NCBI GenBank assembly: GCA_964646575.1
Contig: CAZYFT010000001.1
Span: 8,118-72,117 of the forward strand
From: an uncultured Candidatus Saccharibacteria bacterium
GTDB lineage: Bacteria; Patescibacteriota; Saccharimonadia; CAILAD01; GCA-016700035
Length of the DNA stretch: 64,000 bases
Direction: 5' to 3'
A program made the translations under genes and the position numbers. The notes beneath the pieces were generated by a model. The model was given only the letters and a program-made list of their open reading frames with translations. It did not search any database and was not told where the DNA came from. Below are positions 36,586-46,840 of this stretch, piece by piece (within the stretch, counting starts at the first letter, position 1; every line of letters starts with the position of its first letter).

Positions 36586-39500
36586 ATGAAAGAATCCAAA
36601 AAGCAAATCCCGCAGAAATCTATTCGTTCAGTCGATGCAGTTCGTCAAGCGGCTGTTTCTGTGCGTAAAGACTCACAGTCGTATGCTCCTATCCAGCACA
36701 TGACGAGGCTCGGTGCAGTTTTTATTGCTGTAAGGTGCTTAGTGCGGCGTGCACCCGAAAAGCTTGAGATATTTAAGGACAGAATAAGGCTAAGCAGCCA
36801 GCGCATAGCTAGCAAGTTGGTTTCTAAGCTTCCAAAGGTATCTGTTCCCCGAATACAAACGTCTAACAGGTTAAAAAGTGTTGTAGCCAGTACATCATTA
36901 GCGCTTATGATGGTTCTGATGTTCTTCAATTTGGGAATTGGTAACATTGCACGAGCGTTCGAGGATCTTAACCAGTCTGATTGGTCTGGTGGGGTTGGCG
37001 CCAGTCCAGTTGATCAGTACAGTGCCGGCGAAAATGTTGTAACCACTACACCAAATAGAATAGAGCTTGGCGTCGATCAACAGAACCAGTGGTGTAATAC
37101 TGCGTTATGTGATAACCAGTGGCAGTATCGGAAATCAGTATGGTTACCACAATATTCAGTTGATCTTACTGGACGCAGCTCAGTTCAACTTGAGTTTGAT
37201 TTGGAATACACGGCAGCAATGAAGTCTGACTTTAGTGATGTCCGCTTTGTAAGCGCCAATGACAGTCAAGATATACCATATGTAATCACAAGCAAGACTA
37301 ATGGTGGGAGCGCTCACTTTATTGTTAAGGTGCCGGTAGTAAATGGCGATTCACCCGAGATGCTACGAGTGTATTACGGAAATGCTAATGCCAGCTCAGT
37401 TGAAAATAAGGCAGGTACTCTCGATATATGGGATGAGTTTGATCAAGGGCGGAGCTGCCCTGCCGGCAATCCAATAGGCTGTACTCCCAATACAGCCGTT
37501 GTAAATATGGGTGAATTGGAAATCAATTCCTCCGATTATTATCCGGCGAGTAATTATGTTCTCTCGAAGGGAATTGATAGGATTTTTCAAATCGATATAA
37601 AGCCACGGGATGCATTTGGCTGTGATTACAACAACTATGTGTCTTACATGTCACTAGGGAAAAATAATTGGTGGCAAGATCCTTCTGGTACTGTCAGTAT
37701 GTATACTTACGGGCGTGGTGGTGGTCAGGGGTGTTCTACTGCGAAAAGCCAACATCAACTCGCAATTATCCAGTCCAGCTGGTTCAGGGATAGTCAAAAT
37801 TATGGTGGTGGGGGATGGTTAGATAATGACCAAATACTTAGGCATACTACTGAAGACACCGAGTGGTTGACTATCCGCACAGTGATGAAGGCTGCTGGAG
37901 GGTATGACGTTTATACGAGCACCAATGGGGGTGCTAGTTTTCGTTTAGTTGGCCAAAATATAAGCTCAAAAGAAACTTTCTTGACCGACTTTGATAGATG
38001 GTATATCTCAACGCAGAGCTCGATGCCGCTGAGTGTGAAAAATATTCGCAGCTATAGCTACGTACCGAACGCACAGCCTGTATCTGTAGGTGTGCAAGAA
38101 AAGTTAGGGGGCTATACAGGTTACTTAGATTCAGTAGAATACGATCTTGGTCAGAATGGCGTATATGTTGGTCAAATTACAGCAGAGACGGTCGGTTCGG
38201 GAAAAATTAGTTTTCGTGTTGTTGGGTCTTCTGTGGAGGGTGGGACAAGTCAGTTTGGTGACGCGCGCCATTGTAAGATTATAGAGAACGGTGGGGATGC
38301 AGGGGCGAGTAACTGCATGGAGGCTAATTCGAGGTACGTAAAATATTTAGCAATCATTCAGGATGATGATGGGAATAAGGATTTTGCCGTAACAAATATT
38401 CGTCTTCAATATGGTTTTGATGATCAATCGCCGAATGCAGCGGGAGGGATAAATGTACGTAGAGAGGGTGCAAGTGGACCGCTTGTTACCACTGGCTGGA
38501 TTAATACTTCACCGTACTTTGGCTGGAGTGCAGCTAGCGATAATCAGGGTGGCAGTGGTGTGGTTGGGTATTGTCTCTATTTTGGGAGCGATGAATCTGC
38601 AGATCTAGCAACCACGCAGGGCATACTTCCTGTTTTGAGCCCTCTGGAAACCAATGACCGTTGTCAGTATGCGGTCTCCGGTACCTCACTCAACATGTCG
38701 CAGCTTGATCTGCAGGCGCAATTAAGTAGTGACACAGTCTACTACCTAAAGATACGAAGTATTGATAAAGTTGGGAATTTGTCTAATGAGTCCGTGTTAA
38801 CAATTGGCTATGATACCGAAGAGCCTGAGTTTAATACCTTGGCAACAGGACCAAATGGCGCTGTGAATTCACCGCTTGCTAATATTAACTGGCTAACGAC
38901 ACCGCCGGCAGGTGCGGATGATAGTGGGGGATCTGGTATCGCGGGTGTTAGATATTGTGTTAATTATTTTGGTAGTGTACTTCCGGAGTGTAACTTAGAA
39001 ACTGGAGGTGGCGAAGATACCCCGGACTGGATATGGTTTGGGGCTTCGGGCAATCCGGGCGGACTATATGATTTATCGGATACCATTCCATTTACAGATG
39101 GAGGATTTCAGATATCCACGAACGCACTTTCTCATTTGACGAATGAAGGCATAAATTATGCCTATGTCGTATTGCTTGATAGAGCTGGTAATGTTGGCGG
39201 TGGTGGCGTGGGTTATATTAATACCACCCAACAGACTGCTTCACCACCCCGAAATCTAGTAGTATCTCCGCCTATTAGCAGTCAGAACCAGTTCTCTTTT
39301 AGCTGGGAGGCGCCTTCCAGCCTGACCGGTCCAGCTAGTGAGGTAGATTACTGCTGGACTGTAAACGCTCCAATATTGCAGGACGCTAGCAATTGTAATT
39401 GGACTGGCAAGGGAATTACCCAGCTGGCGAATGGTGCTTATGCGACGCAGCAGGGGGAGAATACGATGTATGTTATGGCGAAAGATCAATCGCAGAACTT

Positions 39501-41085
39501 CTCGAATATGAATGTGGCAACGGTAAAATTTACAGCATTTACGACAGCACCAGGTGCTCCGCAAAATCTTGAGCTGTCTGATGTGTCTACTCGGGCGACT
39601 GCGAGCTGGAAAATTGCCCTAAGCTGGAGCGCGCCACAGCTGCCGGGTTCCGGTGTGACAGGCTATAAGATTTATAGGTCTACCAATAATGTAGATTTTA
39701 CTGAAGTCGGCACCACGTCAAATACCAATCTTAGCTTTATAGATTCTGGTCTCTCGCAAACTGACTACTATTATTATGTAAAAGCCTGCGATAGCGCTAA
39801 TAGCTGTGGTGTAGCCAGTAATACTGAGATAGAGTATCCGAGTGGTCGATATACCACACCAGCTCGACTAACCGATGACACCGATCAGCCGAAAATCCGA
39901 GATATCGGTACGCGTAAAGCTACAGTTTATTGGTTTACTGACCGAGCAAGTGATTCTAAGATAGCTTATGGTACCGCGCCTGGACAGTATTTCCCTGAAG
40001 AGGTCGGTAATTCGGCACAAATTTCTACACATGTTGTAAATCTTACAAATCTTGAGCCTGGTAAAACATATTATTATGTAGCTCGGTGGACAGATGAAGA
40101 TGGCAATATGGGGGTTTCCACAGAGAGATCTTTCACAACGCTACCAGCGCCAACCGTAAAGGAAGTTTCGGCATCAAATCTGACCATAGGTTCTGCTGTA
40201 GTTAATTTTACAACTGATAATGCACATAAGGCTAATGTATATTTTGGAGCCAATGATGCCTTTGGTGGCGTGAAGAGTGTTAATACTTCAACATCATCTT
40301 CTAGCTATAGTTTAAGTTTGGATAATCTGCGGGATGGGCAGAAATACTACTTTAAGATCAGTACGGTCGATGCCGATGGCTATGAATATCAGGGAGATAT
40401 TTATAGCTTTACCACACCAGCTCGTCCACGGATTATAAATTTGCGCTTTGATACGGTCGAAGGTGAGCCAAGTAGCACCCAGAAGATTGTTTGGACGACC
40501 AATGTTCCGACTACTAGTGAGGTGGTGTATGGTCTGAGGGATGGTAAGCAGATCGAAGCCGTAGACTCGGTGCTTGTGGTGGAGCATGAGATGGTGGTTC
40601 GTGGACTTGAAGACGATGCGGATTATCAGCTAGTTGCCCGCTCGCGCGATGCTGCTGGCAATCTGGCAATATCTGATCGGCAATCTTTCCAGACTGCCGA
40701 GGACACGCGTGCTCCAAAGATTAGTAACTTGAAGATTGAGACAGATATTCGTGGATCCGGAGGCGAAGCTCGAGGCCAGGTGATTGTGTCTTGGCGCACC
40801 GATGAGCCGGCGACCAGCCAAGTAGCCTTTGCTAAGGGTCGCACCGATGAGCTAAGTAATCGATCACAACAAGATACACGTCTAACGACTGAGCATGTGG
40901 TGGTGGTGTCAGATCTGACGACCTCGAGTATTTATCAGGTTCAGGCGGTCTCATCTGATAAGGCTGGTAATGAGTCATCTTCGGATGCTCAAACTGCAAT
41001 CATTGGTCGTGGTACAGACAGTATTTTTAGCGTTATCTTTAATGCCCTGCAAGCAATCTTCGGCTTTGGGGATTCTAGTATATGA
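36586..41085 (+). CDS. Giant (~1499 aa) cell-surface protein. It has an N-terminal signal/anchor, a DUF2341-like (concanavalin/LamG-like) domain, and at least 5 tandem FN3 / purple-acid-phosphatase-N-like beta-sandwich repeats. The annotated start may lie downstream.
   Basis: FSDVRFVSANDSQDIPYVI...MLRVYYGNANA is the DUF2341 signature. Repeated modules end in YYYVKA / YYYVARWTD / YYFKISTVD / YQLVARSRD / YQVQAVSSD (FN3-like). Confidence 0.75.
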   Translation: MKESKKQIPQKSIRSVDAVRQAAVSVRKDSQSYAPIQHMTRLGAVFIAVRCLVRRAPEKLEIFKDRIRLSSQRIASKLVSKLPKVSVPRIQTSNRLKSVVASTSLALMMVLMFFNLGIGNIARAFEDLNQSDWSGGVGASPVDQYSAGENVVTTTPNRIELGVDQQNQWCNTALCDNQWQYRKSVWLPQYSVDLTGRSSVQLEFDLEYTAAMKSDFSDVRFVSANDSQDIPYVITSKTNGGSAHFIVKVPVVNGDSPEMLRVYYGNANASSVENKAGTLDIWDEFDQGRSCPAGNPIGCTPNTAVVNMGELEINSSDYYPASNYVLSKGIDRIFQIDIKPRDAFGCDYNNYVSYMSLGKNNWWQDPSGTVSMYTYGRGGGQGCSTAKSQHQLAIIQSSWFRDSQNYGGGGWLDNDQILRHTTEDTEWLTIRTVMKAAGGYDVYTSTNGGASFRLVGQNISSKETFLTDFDRWYISTQSSMPLSVKNIRSYSYVPNAQPVSVGVQEKLGGYTGYLDSVEYDLGQNGVYVGQITAETVGSGKISFRVVGSSVEGGTSQFGDARHCKIIENGGDAGASNCMEANSRYVKYLAIIQDDDGNKDFAVTNIRLQYGFDDQSPNAAGGINVRREGASGPLVTTGWINTSPYFGWSAASDNQGGSGVVGYCLYFGSDESADLATTQGILPVLSPLETNDRCQYAVSGTSLNMSQLDLQAQLSSDTVYYLKIRSIDKVGNLSNESVLTIGYDTEEPEFNTLATGPNGAVNSPLANINWLTTPPAGADDSGGSGIAGVRYCVNYFGSVLPECNLETGGGEDTPDWIWFGASGNPGGLYDLSDTIPFTDGGFQISTNALSHLTNEGINYAYVVLLDRAGNVGGGGVGYINTTQQTASPPRNLVVSPPISSQNQFSFSWEAPSSLTGPASEVDYCWTVNAPILQDASNCNWTGKGITQLANGAYATQQGENTMYVMAKDQSQNFSNMNVATVKFTAFTTAPGAPQNLELSDVSTRATASWKIALSWSAPQLPGSGVTGYKIYRSTNNVDFTEVGTTSNTNLSFIDSGLSQTDYYYYVKACDSANSCGVASNTEIEYPSGRYTTPARLTDDTDQPKIRDIGTRKATVYWFTDRASDSKIAYGTAPGQYFPEEVGNSAQISTHVVNLTNLEPGKTYYYVARWTDEDGNMGVSTERSFTTLPAPTVKEVSASNLTIGSAVVNFTTDNAHKANVYFGANDAFGGVKSVNTSTSSSSYSLSLDNLRDGQKYYFKISTVDADGYEYQGDIYSFTTPARPRIINLRFDTVEGEPSSTQKIVWTTNVPTTSEVVYGLRDGKQIEAVDSVLVVEHEMVVRGLEDDADYQLVARSRDAAGNLAISDRQSFQTAEDTRAPKISNLKIETDIRGSGGEARGQVIVSWRTDEPATSQVAFAKGRTDELSNRSQQDTRLTTEHVVVVSDLTTSSIYQVQAVSSDKAGNESSSDAQTAIIGRGTDSIFSVIFNALQAIFGFGDSSI

Positions 41086-41888
41086 GTCAGGCACTAGTAG
41101 AGTTTCAAAAGGTGTCGCGTGATTTTAGGGCGGTTGATGGCACGATAAGTGTTTTAAAAGATATAAACTTTAAGGTGGAGACTGGTAGCTTTACGATTAT
41201 CTATGGACCTTCTGGTAGTGGCAAGACGACGATTTTAAATATGATCTTGGGGCTTTTACCGCCAACCAAAGGGGATGTTGTGGTAAGCGGAGAGAAGTTA
41301 TATGGTTTGACACAAGATGGTCGTGCAAAATTCAGGGCAGCCCATTATGGTATTGTGAGTCAGGTTAATAACTGGATATTGAGTATGAATGTGCAGGAAA
41401 ATGTAGCTTTGCCGTTGTATCTTTCTGGTACTCCGCGTCATGAAGCGCTTAAGAAGGCTGCTGCCAGCATTGAGCGCGTCGGGCTTGCGAAGTATATGCG
41501 CTATAATCCGGCGGTGTTGTCGGTTGGTCAACAGCAACGTATTTCGATGGCGCGGGCGACAGTTAAAACGCCACGGCTTTTAATTGCTGATGAGCCTACT
41601 GGTAACCTCGATACGACAAATGGCGACATGATAATGCAGCTCATGACTAGCTTTAGAAATCATGAGAATACAACCGTAATACTGGTGACTCATAATTTGA
41701 GTTATCTTTCATTGAGTAGTCATCGACTCTTCTTGAAAGACGGCGTTTTATCAGTGGATGAGGGTGGCTTCCAGCTAGAAGAAGAGCGTCGACGTATGTT
41801 GATGACAAGCTTTTTGGAGGCTAATAAAACGGACACTGCTCAACAGGGCAAGGCGGCGTCTGTGAAGAAAGGCGGCAAGCGTGGCTGA
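41082..41888 (+). CDS. ABC transporter ATP-binding protein (MacB/LolD/FtsE type).
   Basis: Walker A GPSGSGKTT, signature LSVGQQQRISMARA, Walker B LLIADEPTGNLD. 4-nt overlap with the upstream giant protein gene. Confidence 0.85.
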   Translation: MSQALVEFQKVSRDFRAVDGTISVLKDINFKVETGSFTIIYGPSGSGKTTILNMILGLLPPTKGDVVVSGEKLYGLTQDGRAKFRAAHYGIVSQVNNWILSMNVQENVALPLYLSGTPRHEALKKAAASIERVGLAKYMRYNPAVLSVGQQQRISMARATVKTPRLLIADEPTGNLDTTNGDMIMQLMTSFRNHENTTVILVTHNLSYLSLSSHRLFLKDGVLSVDEGGFQLEEERRRMLMTSFLEANKTDTAQQGKAASVKKGGKRG

Positions 41889-43164
41889 GCGTAACCATAA
41901 AACCAATGAGAAAGCGAATGAATTGAAGGTTATGCCTAGGCTAAAAAAGCACCGATTTAAGAGAGAAGGCGTGGTGGCAACATCCATTCTGGTGCGTATG
42001 GCGGCCCAGAATCTTTTCTTTAAGAGGCTACGAACTACGCTGACCATTCTTGGCGTGGTGATTGGTATTGGTGCGGTGATATTTTTGCTCTCGTTTGGGT
42101 ATGGTTTGCAGAATTTAGTTAGCCGTCAAGTGATTGGGGCAAAATCGGTTAAGAGTATTGATGTCAATAAGCCACGCTCGACAGCCATTAAATTTGATGG
42201 TGAAAATATTACTCGGCTCAAAAATATTGGTTCGGTGGAATCGGTGGCTCGCGTTTTTACCGAAGCTGCTAAAGTAAAATCGGGTAGCTCACAGATTGAT
42301 TCGGTGCTGTTTGGCGTTGATTCAGAATATCTAAACCTAGCCTCCGTACGCGTGGTGACTGGCAAAAGTTTATTGGCGGGCGGCTCGACGGATGAGACCC
42401 TAATCAATACTTCACTTGCAAGAGCAGTGGGCTTACCACAAGGCGATGAGGTACTCGGCAAGGTGATTAATATGAGTTTTGATGTTGTGCAGGCTGATGG
42501 GGTCAAGAAAACTGTTCAGAAGGACATGAGAATTATCGGCCTTGTTGAAGGGAGTGGGGGTGCTGAAGTTTTTGTGCGTAGTCAGCTATTTATTGATAAT
42601 GGTGCCCAAGATGCCGGTCAAGTAAAGATACTGGCAACTGATCGGGCGGCTGTACCGCAGATTCGTAAGGAGATTGAAAGTATTGGCTTCGCTACCGCGT
42701 CACCACTTGATACTCTAGACCAGATTTCTCAGGTGTTCGGTTTGCTACAGATGGTCTTTATTGGTTTTGGAGGGATTGGTATGGTGATTGCGATACTCGG
42801 GATGTTTAACACGCTGACTATTTCTTTATTGGAGAGGACTCGGGAAATTGGGCTCCTGATTGAGTTTGGTGCGCGACGACGAGATATTAAACGGCTATTT
42901 ATCATTGAGTCTTTAATGTTATCAATATTGGGTGGCCTAATTGGGTTAATTAGTGCCTTCATGCTCGGTAAGATCGCTGATGTGGCAATTAGTAGCTTTG
43001 CGCGTAGTCGAGGAGTGCAGGAGTCGGTGTCAGCTTTTATGGTGACACCTCAGTTAGCAATTATGACGTTGGTATTGAGCGCATTGTTTGGGCTGGCAGT
43101 TGTTTATTTTCCGGCGCGTCGGGCATCACGAATTGATCCGATTGACGCATTGCGTTACGAATAA
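41881..43164 (+). CDS. ABC transporter permease, MacB/FtsX family. It has a large extracytoplasmic domain between TM1 and TM2.
   Basis: FtsX-type C-terminal 3 TM bundle (EIGLLIEFGARRRDIKRLFIIES...). An N-terminal TM is followed by a ~220-aa loop. Overlaps the ATPase gene by 8 nt. Confidence 0.8.
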   Translation: MAERNHKTNEKANELKVMPRLKKHRFKREGVVATSILVRMAAQNLFFKRLRTTLTILGVVIGIGAVIFLLSFGYGLQNLVSRQVIGAKSVKSIDVNKPRSTAIKFDGENITRLKNIGSVESVARVFTEAAKVKSGSSQIDSVLFGVDSEYLNLASVRVVTGKSLLAGGSTDETLINTSLARAVGLPQGDEVLGKVINMSFDVVQADGVKKTVQKDMRIIGLVEGSGGAEVFVRSQLFIDNGAQDAGQVKILATDRAAVPQIRKEIESIGFATASPLDTLDQISQVFGLLQMVFIGFGGIGMVIAILGMFNTLTISLLERTREIGLLIEFGARRRDIKRLFIIESLMLSILGGLIGLISAFMLGKIADVAISSFARSRGVQESVSAFMVTPQLAIMTLVLSALFGLAVVYFPARRASRIDPIDALRYE

Positions 43165-43475
43165 TTTTTTTGAGACTAGTCGCACAATTAATTTGGGTAC
43201 GACTTTTTTATTTTGAGCCAAGAACTTTGACTGAGCTCTAGTATTAATTATTTTTGTAGCTTTGATTAATGACGTGTTGGTATGCAGTTTGTAAAATATA
43301 TTCTGCGCGTGAATAAGTTAAGAAGAGAATAAAAAGTATGCAATAAAGAAACCAGGTTAGGGTGGTTGTGGGGACCGTCCTAACCTGGAGAAGTGTCTTG
43401 TGTGTTTGTTTTTGAGTAATATATGTGTGCAGCAGCACTACACCGATAATACGGCTTATACATAACCTTTGTCAA

Positions 43476-43506
43476 CAAAAAAGTTGTGGATAACCACAAC
43501 TTTTTT
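43476..43506. terminator. Bidirectional intrinsic terminator downstream of fba (minus strand), also usable from the plus strand.
   Basis: aaaaaaGTTGTGGataaCCACAACtttttt. Confidence 0.6.
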
Positions 43507-43527
43507 GTGTGAATGGGTATTTACAGG

Positions 43528-44571
43528 TTAGCTATCCTGTGTGGCGCTGACAAAGTTATCTGTTGGGCCTGAATTAGCAACCTTAAACTGACCAAGTCGA
43601 GCCTCGGCGCAGGCTTTAGTGAGTTCAAAATAGATTTTCTGAGCCTGACTTACATTTTCATTTTTACCGGCCCACGCTTTCATGGCTGGGTCTTGCACGG
43701 CACGTGAGAACGAAAAGGTGATTGGCCACGGTTGTTTGCCGGCGGCTCCAATGGCCTGGAGGTTATCGCGGGCTTGTTCGGGGGTTTGGCCGCCGGAGAG
43801 GAATACGATGCCACCCATAGTGTCTGGAATGGTCTCATGAAGGGCGGCTAGGGTATGTTCAGCAACCTCTGCTGGCGTGGACTCGACTCCAGACCGTTTA
43901 CCGGCCAACACCATGCTGGTTTTTACGATGCAGCCCGTGAGCTCGACGCGATAGGCCTTAAGCATCTGTACGAGAAGCTTTAGAATGTCTGCTGTCATTT
44001 CGTGGGCCCTTGAGAGGTCCTGAGGGCCGTCGTACAGGACTTCTGGCTCTACAATGGGTACGATGCCGGCTGACTGGCATAACGTGGCGTAGCGCGCCAT
44101 TGTGTGCAAATTAGCATGCATTGCGCCTTGGGTTGGGGTGGTATCGGAAATAGGGAAGGCAGCGCGCCATTTTGCGAATCGAGCACCAAGGTCGTAATAC
44201 TCTTTCAGTCGTTCGGCTAGACCGTCGAGACCTTCTGTAATTGTTTCGCCAGCAAAGTTATCAAGATCAACAAGTCCCTTATCTACTTTAATGCCAGGCA
44301 CAATACCTTTGCTTTGGAGGTATTGGGGGAATGGAGTACCATCGTCCGTAGTTTGGCGGATAGTCTCGTCGTAAAAAATAACACCCGAAAGGTATTCTTC
44401 GATTCCTGGCGCTGTCATGAGCATTTGTCGGTACTGTCGACGAGTTTCGTCGGTGCAAGGTATGCCCAGCGCGTCAAAGCGCTTTTGTGCACTTTTGCTA
44501 CTTTCGTCGGCGGCCAAGAGGCCTTTTTTATCTGCAAATAATGCTTGCACGGTGTCTTGAAGCTGTCCCAT
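43528..44571 (-). CDS. fba: Fructose-bisphosphate aldolase, class I.
   Basis: KGLLAADESSKS (class I aldolase ILAADES motif), plus a Schiff-base Lys region and the IVFLSGGQ motif. Typical 347-aa length. Confidence 0.85.
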   Translation of the reverse strand: MGQLQDTVQALFADKKGLLAADESSKSAQKRFDALGIPCTDETRRQYRQMLMTAPGIEEYLSGVIFYDETIRQTTDDGTPFPQYLQSKGIVPGIKVDKGLVDLDNFAGETITEGLDGLAERLKEYYDLGARFAKWRAAFPISDTTPTQGAMHANLHTMARYATLCQSAGIVPIVEPEVLYDGPQDLSRAHEMTADILKLLVQMLKAYRVELTGCIVKTSMVLAGKRSGVESTPAEVAEHTLAALHETIPDTMGGIVFLSGGQTPEQARDNLQAIGAAGKQPWPITFSFSRAVQDPAMKAWAGKNENVSQAQKIYFELTKACAEARLGQFKVANSGPTDNFVSATQDS

Positions 44572-44692
44572 ATATATTCCTTTACCTTATTACCTATATT
44601 CTAACGAGGGTAGTAAAGGTGGTCAAACTACTTATGGTTACTTCGAGAAAAATGCACAAATTTTACATAAAAATAGTGCTAGAGCATTAATA

Positions 44693-45148
44693 TTATGTAT
44701 TTAATCGACGCTTTGCTTCAAGAGCAGCATCGATTTTCATAGTCTTTTTGCGCGATGCCTCCCGTTTGTCATAATGTTTTTTGCCGCGCCCAAGAGCGAT
44801 TTCTACTTTAATAAGACCGTGCTCCACACCAACAGCAACAGGCACCACCGCCAGTCCAGCCCCGCGTTTTTCGGCTTCGAGGTTGTCAATTTGCTTACGA
44901 TGCAAAAGAAGCTTGCGCGATCGGGTGGGGTCATGCTCTTTCAGATTGGCGGCGTGGCTATACCGTCGTATATGGGCATTCACCAGATAGGCTTCATGAT
45001 TCTGGAAGTGCACAAAGCTGCCCTTGAGGCTAATTTGTCCGGCTCGCACGCTTTTTACTTCATGTCCCAACAGGGAGATTCCAGCCGTGATGCGCTCGAT
45101 AATTTCGTAGTCATGGAAAGCACGACGATTTTTGGCAATAACTTTCAT
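44693..45148 (-). CDS. smpB: SsrA-binding protein.
   Basis: IAKNRRAFHDYEIIERITAGISLLGHEVKSVRAGQISLKGSFV. Confidence 0.9.
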   Translation of the reverse strand: MKVIAKNRRAFHDYEIIERITAGISLLGHEVKSVRAGQISLKGSFVHFQNHEAYLVNAHIRRYSHAANLKEHDPTRSRKLLLHRKQIDNLEAEKRGAGLAVVPVAVGVEHGLIKVEIALGRGKKHYDKREASRKKTMKIDAALEAKRRLNT

Positions 45149-45200
45149 GTCACTAGTATACCTGGTTTGTGGGTAATCTATCAGATATAATGGAGGAGAT

Positions 45201-46814
45201 ATGTTTTTAGCAGCCTATGAAAAGATTCTTGATAATTTACGTTTGGGTGCCGAAAAGGCACTGGGCGATGATTTGGAGAACGAAGATATCGCTCGATCGG
45301 TATCATTTTGCGACATGCGTTTTGGGGATATTGCCACTAATGTTGCGTTGCAGCAAGCGAAAGAAGCCGGTCGTAATCCCCGAGACCTTGCAGAAGCCAT
45401 CGTAAGTGAGCTGCAGAAATTAGACACCTTTGCTTCTGCTGAGGTTGCTGGACCAGGCTTTGTAAATATACGTTTGCATGAAGCTGATTACATACAGCTT
45501 TTGCACGAACTTAAGCCTGGTTTTTTTCGAACCGAAAAGGGAGCGGGACGACGGGTGAATGTGGAGTTTATTAGTGCTAATCCCACCGGTCCATTGGTAT
45601 TGGTGAATGCTTGGGGAGGGTACTACGGCGATATCTTGGCAAGTCTCTACGAAAGTCAAGGATATGATGTTGAGCGTGAGTATTATTTGAATGATGGTGG
45701 CAACCAAATTGCGCAGTTAGGGCGGGCAGTTCAGCAGGCTGCCGGTGCAAAGTTTAGCGCTGAAGAGTCGGCTGAATTGTATCGGGGCGAATATGTAGAT
45801 GTATTAGCACAGAGTTTGGCAGAAGAATTTGGCGGTACTGATCAGCTTATCGCTAAGGATCCTCAAGAAGTGGGCGATAAGGCTCAGGCAATCATTTTGG
45901 CCGATTATATTAAACCTACACTCAAGCGGCTGGGTATTAACCACGACGAAATCTATCCGGAGTCCAGCCTGGACAATCGAGCGACAATCGAGCGACTGCG
46001 ACAGGCGGGGGCTATTCTAGAGAAGGATGGGGCGATATGGTTGAGCGGAGAAAAAGCTGGCCTAGATAAAGATGAAGTACTCGTGCGCTCCACCGATGGA
46101 CAGGAAACATATTTCTTAAAAGATATAACCTATCAACTTACAAAGCTCGAGGATCGACGTTTTGATACCGCAATTACCATTGTGGGGCCAGATCATCACG
46201 GGCAAGAACAGCGGCTGCTCGCGGCATTGAGTCTCTTGGGCCATGATGGTTTCGTCCCACTCTGGACGCAGACGGTACGTCTTACGAAGGACGGCCAGGA
46301 GTACAAGATGAGTAAACGTCGTGGAAATTACATCGTACTTGATGAATTCCTCGATATGGTCCCATCGCAAACCGCGCGGTTTTTCTTTGCCTTGCGAGAT
46401 ACCAATAGTCACTTTGATCTAGATCTAGATTTAGTAGCATCACAAAATAAACATAATCCACTCTTTTACGTTATGTACTCATATGTTCGTGCAAGTTCAG
46501 TGCTAGCTAAATTTGGCGAGATTGCAGAGCCCACTGAGATTGCACTAGACGTTGAGCAAAAGCAAATCTTGAGAAGTTTCATAGAAGTTTCGGAATTAAT
46601 TACCCAGGCGACCGTGACGCAACAAGTGCATTCGGTGTTGCATCGTATGATAGAAATCGCTCGCTACTTCCATGATTGGTATGAGAAGAATCCAGTCCTT
46701 AAAGAAGAATCCGAGGAGCTCCGTATGGCTCGGGCATACTTCGTGGAAAAATATCGTGATAGTCTGAAGAGTCTGCTTAAGCTTATTGGGGTAAAACCGC
46801 AAGAACGCATGTAG
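45201..46814 (+). CDS. argS: Arginyl-tRNA synthetase (class I).
   Basis: HIGH-type EFISANPTGPLVLVNAWGG and KMSKR (YKMSKRRGN). DALR anticodon-binding C-terminus. Confidence 0.9.
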   Translation: MFLAAYEKILDNLRLGAEKALGDDLENEDIARSVSFCDMRFGDIATNVALQQAKEAGRNPRDLAEAIVSELQKLDTFASAEVAGPGFVNIRLHEADYIQLLHELKPGFFRTEKGAGRRVNVEFISANPTGPLVLVNAWGGYYGDILASLYESQGYDVEREYYLNDGGNQIAQLGRAVQQAAGAKFSAEESAELYRGEYVDVLAQSLAEEFGGTDQLIAKDPQEVGDKAQAIILADYIKPTLKRLGINHDEIYPESSLDNRATIERLRQAGAILEKDGAIWLSGEKAGLDKDEVLVRSTDGQETYFLKDITYQLTKLEDRRFDTAITIVGPDHHGQEQRLLAALSLLGHDGFVPLWTQTVRLTKDGQEYKMSKRRGNYIVLDEFLDMVPSQTARFFFALRDTNSHFDLDLDLVASQNKHNPLFYVMYSYVRASSVLAKFGEIAEPTEIALDVEQKQILRSFIEVSELITQATVTQQVHSVLHRMIEIARYFHDWYEKNPVLKEESEELRMARAYFVEKYRDSLKSLLKLIGVKPQERM

Positions 46815-46840
46815 CGAGTGGAGTAGGAGGGGTTATTGTA

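Noticed and set aside
43176-43213. Possible intrinsic terminator after the ABC permease (agtcg...cgact + T6).
   Set aside because: Only a 5-bp stem with a 17-nt loop. Too weak to call confidently, though a T-run is present.
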